DNA of 55,532 nucleotides from an uncultured Gammaproteobacteria bacterium (GTDB lineage Bacteria; Patescibacteriota; Microgenomatia; UBA8517; UBA10165): NCBI GenBank assembly GCA_964366515.1, contig CAYIUF010000002.1, positions 1 to 55,532 of the forward strand, read 5' to 3'. Shown piece by piece: positions 53,529 to 55,532 of this stretch (position 1 is its first letter; each line of letters starts with the position of its first letter). The notes under the pieces were generated by a model. It saw only the letters and a program-made list of their open reading frames with translations, ran no database searches and was not told where the DNA came from. The position numbers and the translations under genes were made by a program.

Positions 53529-54404
53529 TTAGTACCCTACTTTCTTCACAAACTTTCGCTTAAACCTTCTTAAGGGCGTTTCAAGTAGCGCTCTTAGTTT
53601 GAAACTTGAGTCTATTTTCTCCCACGGTGAAGGAACAATCTCGGGGCGGTTTCTGAAAAATACTTCTGGGTAGTAAAAGTCCCGTGGGAATGGGATTCCT
53701 AATTCATATTTTCTTTTCATTTGACGCTTGGGCACACTTGCCTCTCCGGCTATTGTGCCCGCCCGAGGCACATTGGTTGCATGAAGATACGGAGCTTCTA
53801 TATATAGTATCTTTTTGGAGTCACGGTTTTGGATCATCTTATTGTCTTTGTCAACCCAGCCCCATTGGCCATGGACGCCATGAGAATGCAGACCAGGAAT
53901 CTTCTTTTTTATTCCACGAAGATTCAGATGACCGGTTCTTCCGGCAAGATGATACATCCCGGTTGATGGATCCTGGTAATGATATATGTCACCCACTAGG
54001 TTAACTGTAGGAACTACGATCGATTCCAATTTTCTACCTGCACTACTTTTTACTACTTGAACTACTTTCCGTATTGAGTCTTCCCACCAAATCTCGTCGC
54101 CATCTACCATTAATATCCAATCAGATTTTGTTTCATCTAGCATTTGTTGTCTTACTTTTGGGAAGGTTTCGGTAGTAACACTCTCTACTTTTTTAAAATC
54201 CACCTTCTTCTTTCCTTCTGGGGTTTTTAATATTTCATCAATTATTTTTAAGGTCTCGTCAGAACTTCCTGTATCCCACAACAAAATTTTGTCGACATGG
54301 TTTATTACTGACATTACTGCATACCAAATATAACGAGCTTCGTTTTTGACTAATGTTTGGGCTGTTATACGAAGCTGAAGAGAACTTTGTTCTTTTATAG
54401 TCAT
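53529..54404 (-). CDS. GT2-like glycosyltransferase
   Basis: VKNEARYIWYAV...WDTGSSDET...VDGDE. Confidence 0.6.
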   Translation of the reverse strand: MTIKEQSSLQLRITAQTLVKNEARYIWYAVMSVINHVDKILLWDTGSSDETLKIIDEILKTPEGKKKVDFKKVESVTTETFPKVRQQMLDETKSDWILMVDGDEIWWEDSIRKVVQVVKSSAGRKLESIVVPTVNLVGDIYHYQDPSTGMYHLAGRTGHLNLRGIKKKIPGLHSHGVHGQWGWVDKDNKMIQNRDSKKILYIEAPYLHATNVPRAGTIAGEASVPKRQMKRKYELGIPFPRDFYYPEVFFRNRPEIVPSPWEKIDSSFKLRALLETPLRRFKRKFVKKVGY

Positions 54405-55532
54405 ATTTTTTTATACAAGTAGTAAGCGACAAAAGCATATGCCACAAAGAGAGTCGATAAGTTCCAACCAATGTGGGCCATTACAGCCCCCCAAACTCCA
54501 TGGTTTGGAATTAAATACATGCTTATTCCCCAAACCAAGGGAATTTGCAAGAGAGATAATATCCCTATTACCTGGGGTTTGTGGTGTGCATAAATTAAAA
54601 TGTTCACTGCAGGCGTGGCCAAAACAAATGGGATGTACCCAACTAAAAGCCATTGCAAAATTTCTACCGACTCTTTGTATTTATCTCCGAATAAACCAAT
54701 GACCCACGGAGAGATAAATATTCCAGCAACAAGACCCACACTCAAAACAATAGAGAGGAGAATTGTTTTTTTAAAGTAGCTTGTTAAATGTTCCTTCCCG
54801 AGTGTCGCAAAGCGAGGGGCAAGGACCGATGCCAGACTTCCAATCAACATTGGCACACCTATCGAAAGCTGTCTTGCCGCCCCGTATAAACCTGTTTGAT
54901 ATGCCCCGACGATGTTGAGAATTAATAAAGCGTCAATTCTTGATGCTATTGCACCCGAAGTTCTATTTAGACCAAGCCATCCTGCAAACCCAAAAATATC
55001 TTTCATGCTTTGTTTTATGGGTGAAGTAACCTTCCACATGACCGGCTCCCAAAACAGCGACACAATATATGCGACAAGTGCAGTTCCCGAGTACATCCAA
55101 AGGGTAAGGTTAAGAGTCAGGCTTTCTGTAAAAAAGAAGAATCCTACTCCAATGAGCCTTATCAGATTCACAAGAGTTAGCAAAACCGCCGCTTTTGCCC
55201 ATTTATTTTTTGCCTGCAATACGCCTAGCTGAAAATCCAACATAAGATAGGAAAATATCCCGAGCCCGGAGATGAAACTTAAAAACCACTCATCGCTTTT
55301 GAAGAAAACCTGTGAGAAGAATTTTGAAAAAACCGTTAAAACAAAAAAGATTAACCCCGAACTGACAAGTCGCATTAGAAACGTAACTTGCTGAAAATGT
55401 TTTGCGCTTTCGGTATTTCCGTCGTTTAGATGTTTTGAGACGAACTTGTAGAGGCTGCCTGATAAACCAAGATCCCCTATTGCTTCACCAATTGTTATGA
55501 CACTTATTACTGCAGATATTATTCCCCAGCCT
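54401..55532 (-). CDS. Wzx-type oligosaccharide flippase (MOP superfamily); N-terminus beyond window
   Basis: The frame stays open upstream of the ORF-track ATG (55375) to the window end (..GWGIISAVISVITIGEAIGDLGLSGSLYKFVSKHL..). Polytopic. Confidence 0.65.
   Translation of the reverse strand, partial: GWGIISAVISVITIGEAIGDLGLSGSLYKFVSKHLNDGNTESAKHFQQVTFLMRLVSSGLIFFVLTVFSKFFSQVFFKSDEWFLSFISGLGIFSYLMLDFQLGVLQAKNKWAKAAVLLTLVNLIRLIGVGFFFFTESLTLNLTLWMYSGTALVAYIVSLFWEPVMWKVTSPIKQSMKDIFGFAGWLGLNRTSGAIASRIDALLILNIVGAYQTGLYGAARQLSIGVPMLIGSLASVLAPRFATLGKEHLTSYFKKTILLSIVLSVGLVAGIFISPWVIGLFGDKYKESVEILQWLLVGYIPFVLATPAVNILIYAHHKPQVIGILSLLQIPLVWGISMYLIPNHGVWGAVMAHIGWNLSTLFVAYAFVAYYLYKKI

Overview
Gene-dense, low-GC window with nearly all genes on the minus strand. 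Gene content and style suggest a small-genome Patescibacteria/CPR-like bacterium; that is inference, no search was run.

Backbone:
(i) 1-3.2 kb: exported or membrane-anchored hypothetical proteins plus a TrpR/YerC-like regulator flanked by a 26-bp palindrome.
(ii) 3.2-26.5 kb: a complete division/cell-wall (dcw) cluster, in transcription order mraZ-rsmH-ftsL-ftsI-[TraD/VirD4-like ATPase]-//-murC-murB-murD-murA-[alpha/beta hydrolase]-murF-[DegT aminotransferase]-[FemAB]-mraY-ftsW-murG-ftsQ-ftsA.
(iii) glyQS and recO.
(iv) 34-55.5 kb: a surface-glycan locus of about 21 kb with a DUF4012 protein, a priming sugar transferase, about 11 GT2/GT4 enzymes, three GT39/PMT-like membrane transferases, an O-antigen-ligase-like protein, an acetyltransferase, a methyltransferase and a Wzx flippase.

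Three visibly GC-rich islets sit in intergenic gaps of this backbone, at about 18.05-20.37 kb (plus strand, splitting the dcw cluster), 27.49-30.85 kb and 32.17-32.77 kb. Together they carry 16 small genes that I cannot place in any named family. All 16 have strong AAGGAG-type ribosome-binding sites, which the backbone genes I checked (mraZ, ftsA, murC, glyQS) lack. The islets also share leader motifs and a recurring ~70-aa domain. They contain three copies of a highly structured 160-210 nt leader module and two unannotated ~30-aa membrane peptides coupled to zinc-ribbon proteins. One zinc-ribbon ORF has an in-frame TGA. These islets are the best candidate for an undescribed system.

No rRNA, tRNA, CRISPR array, transposase or integrase was seen.
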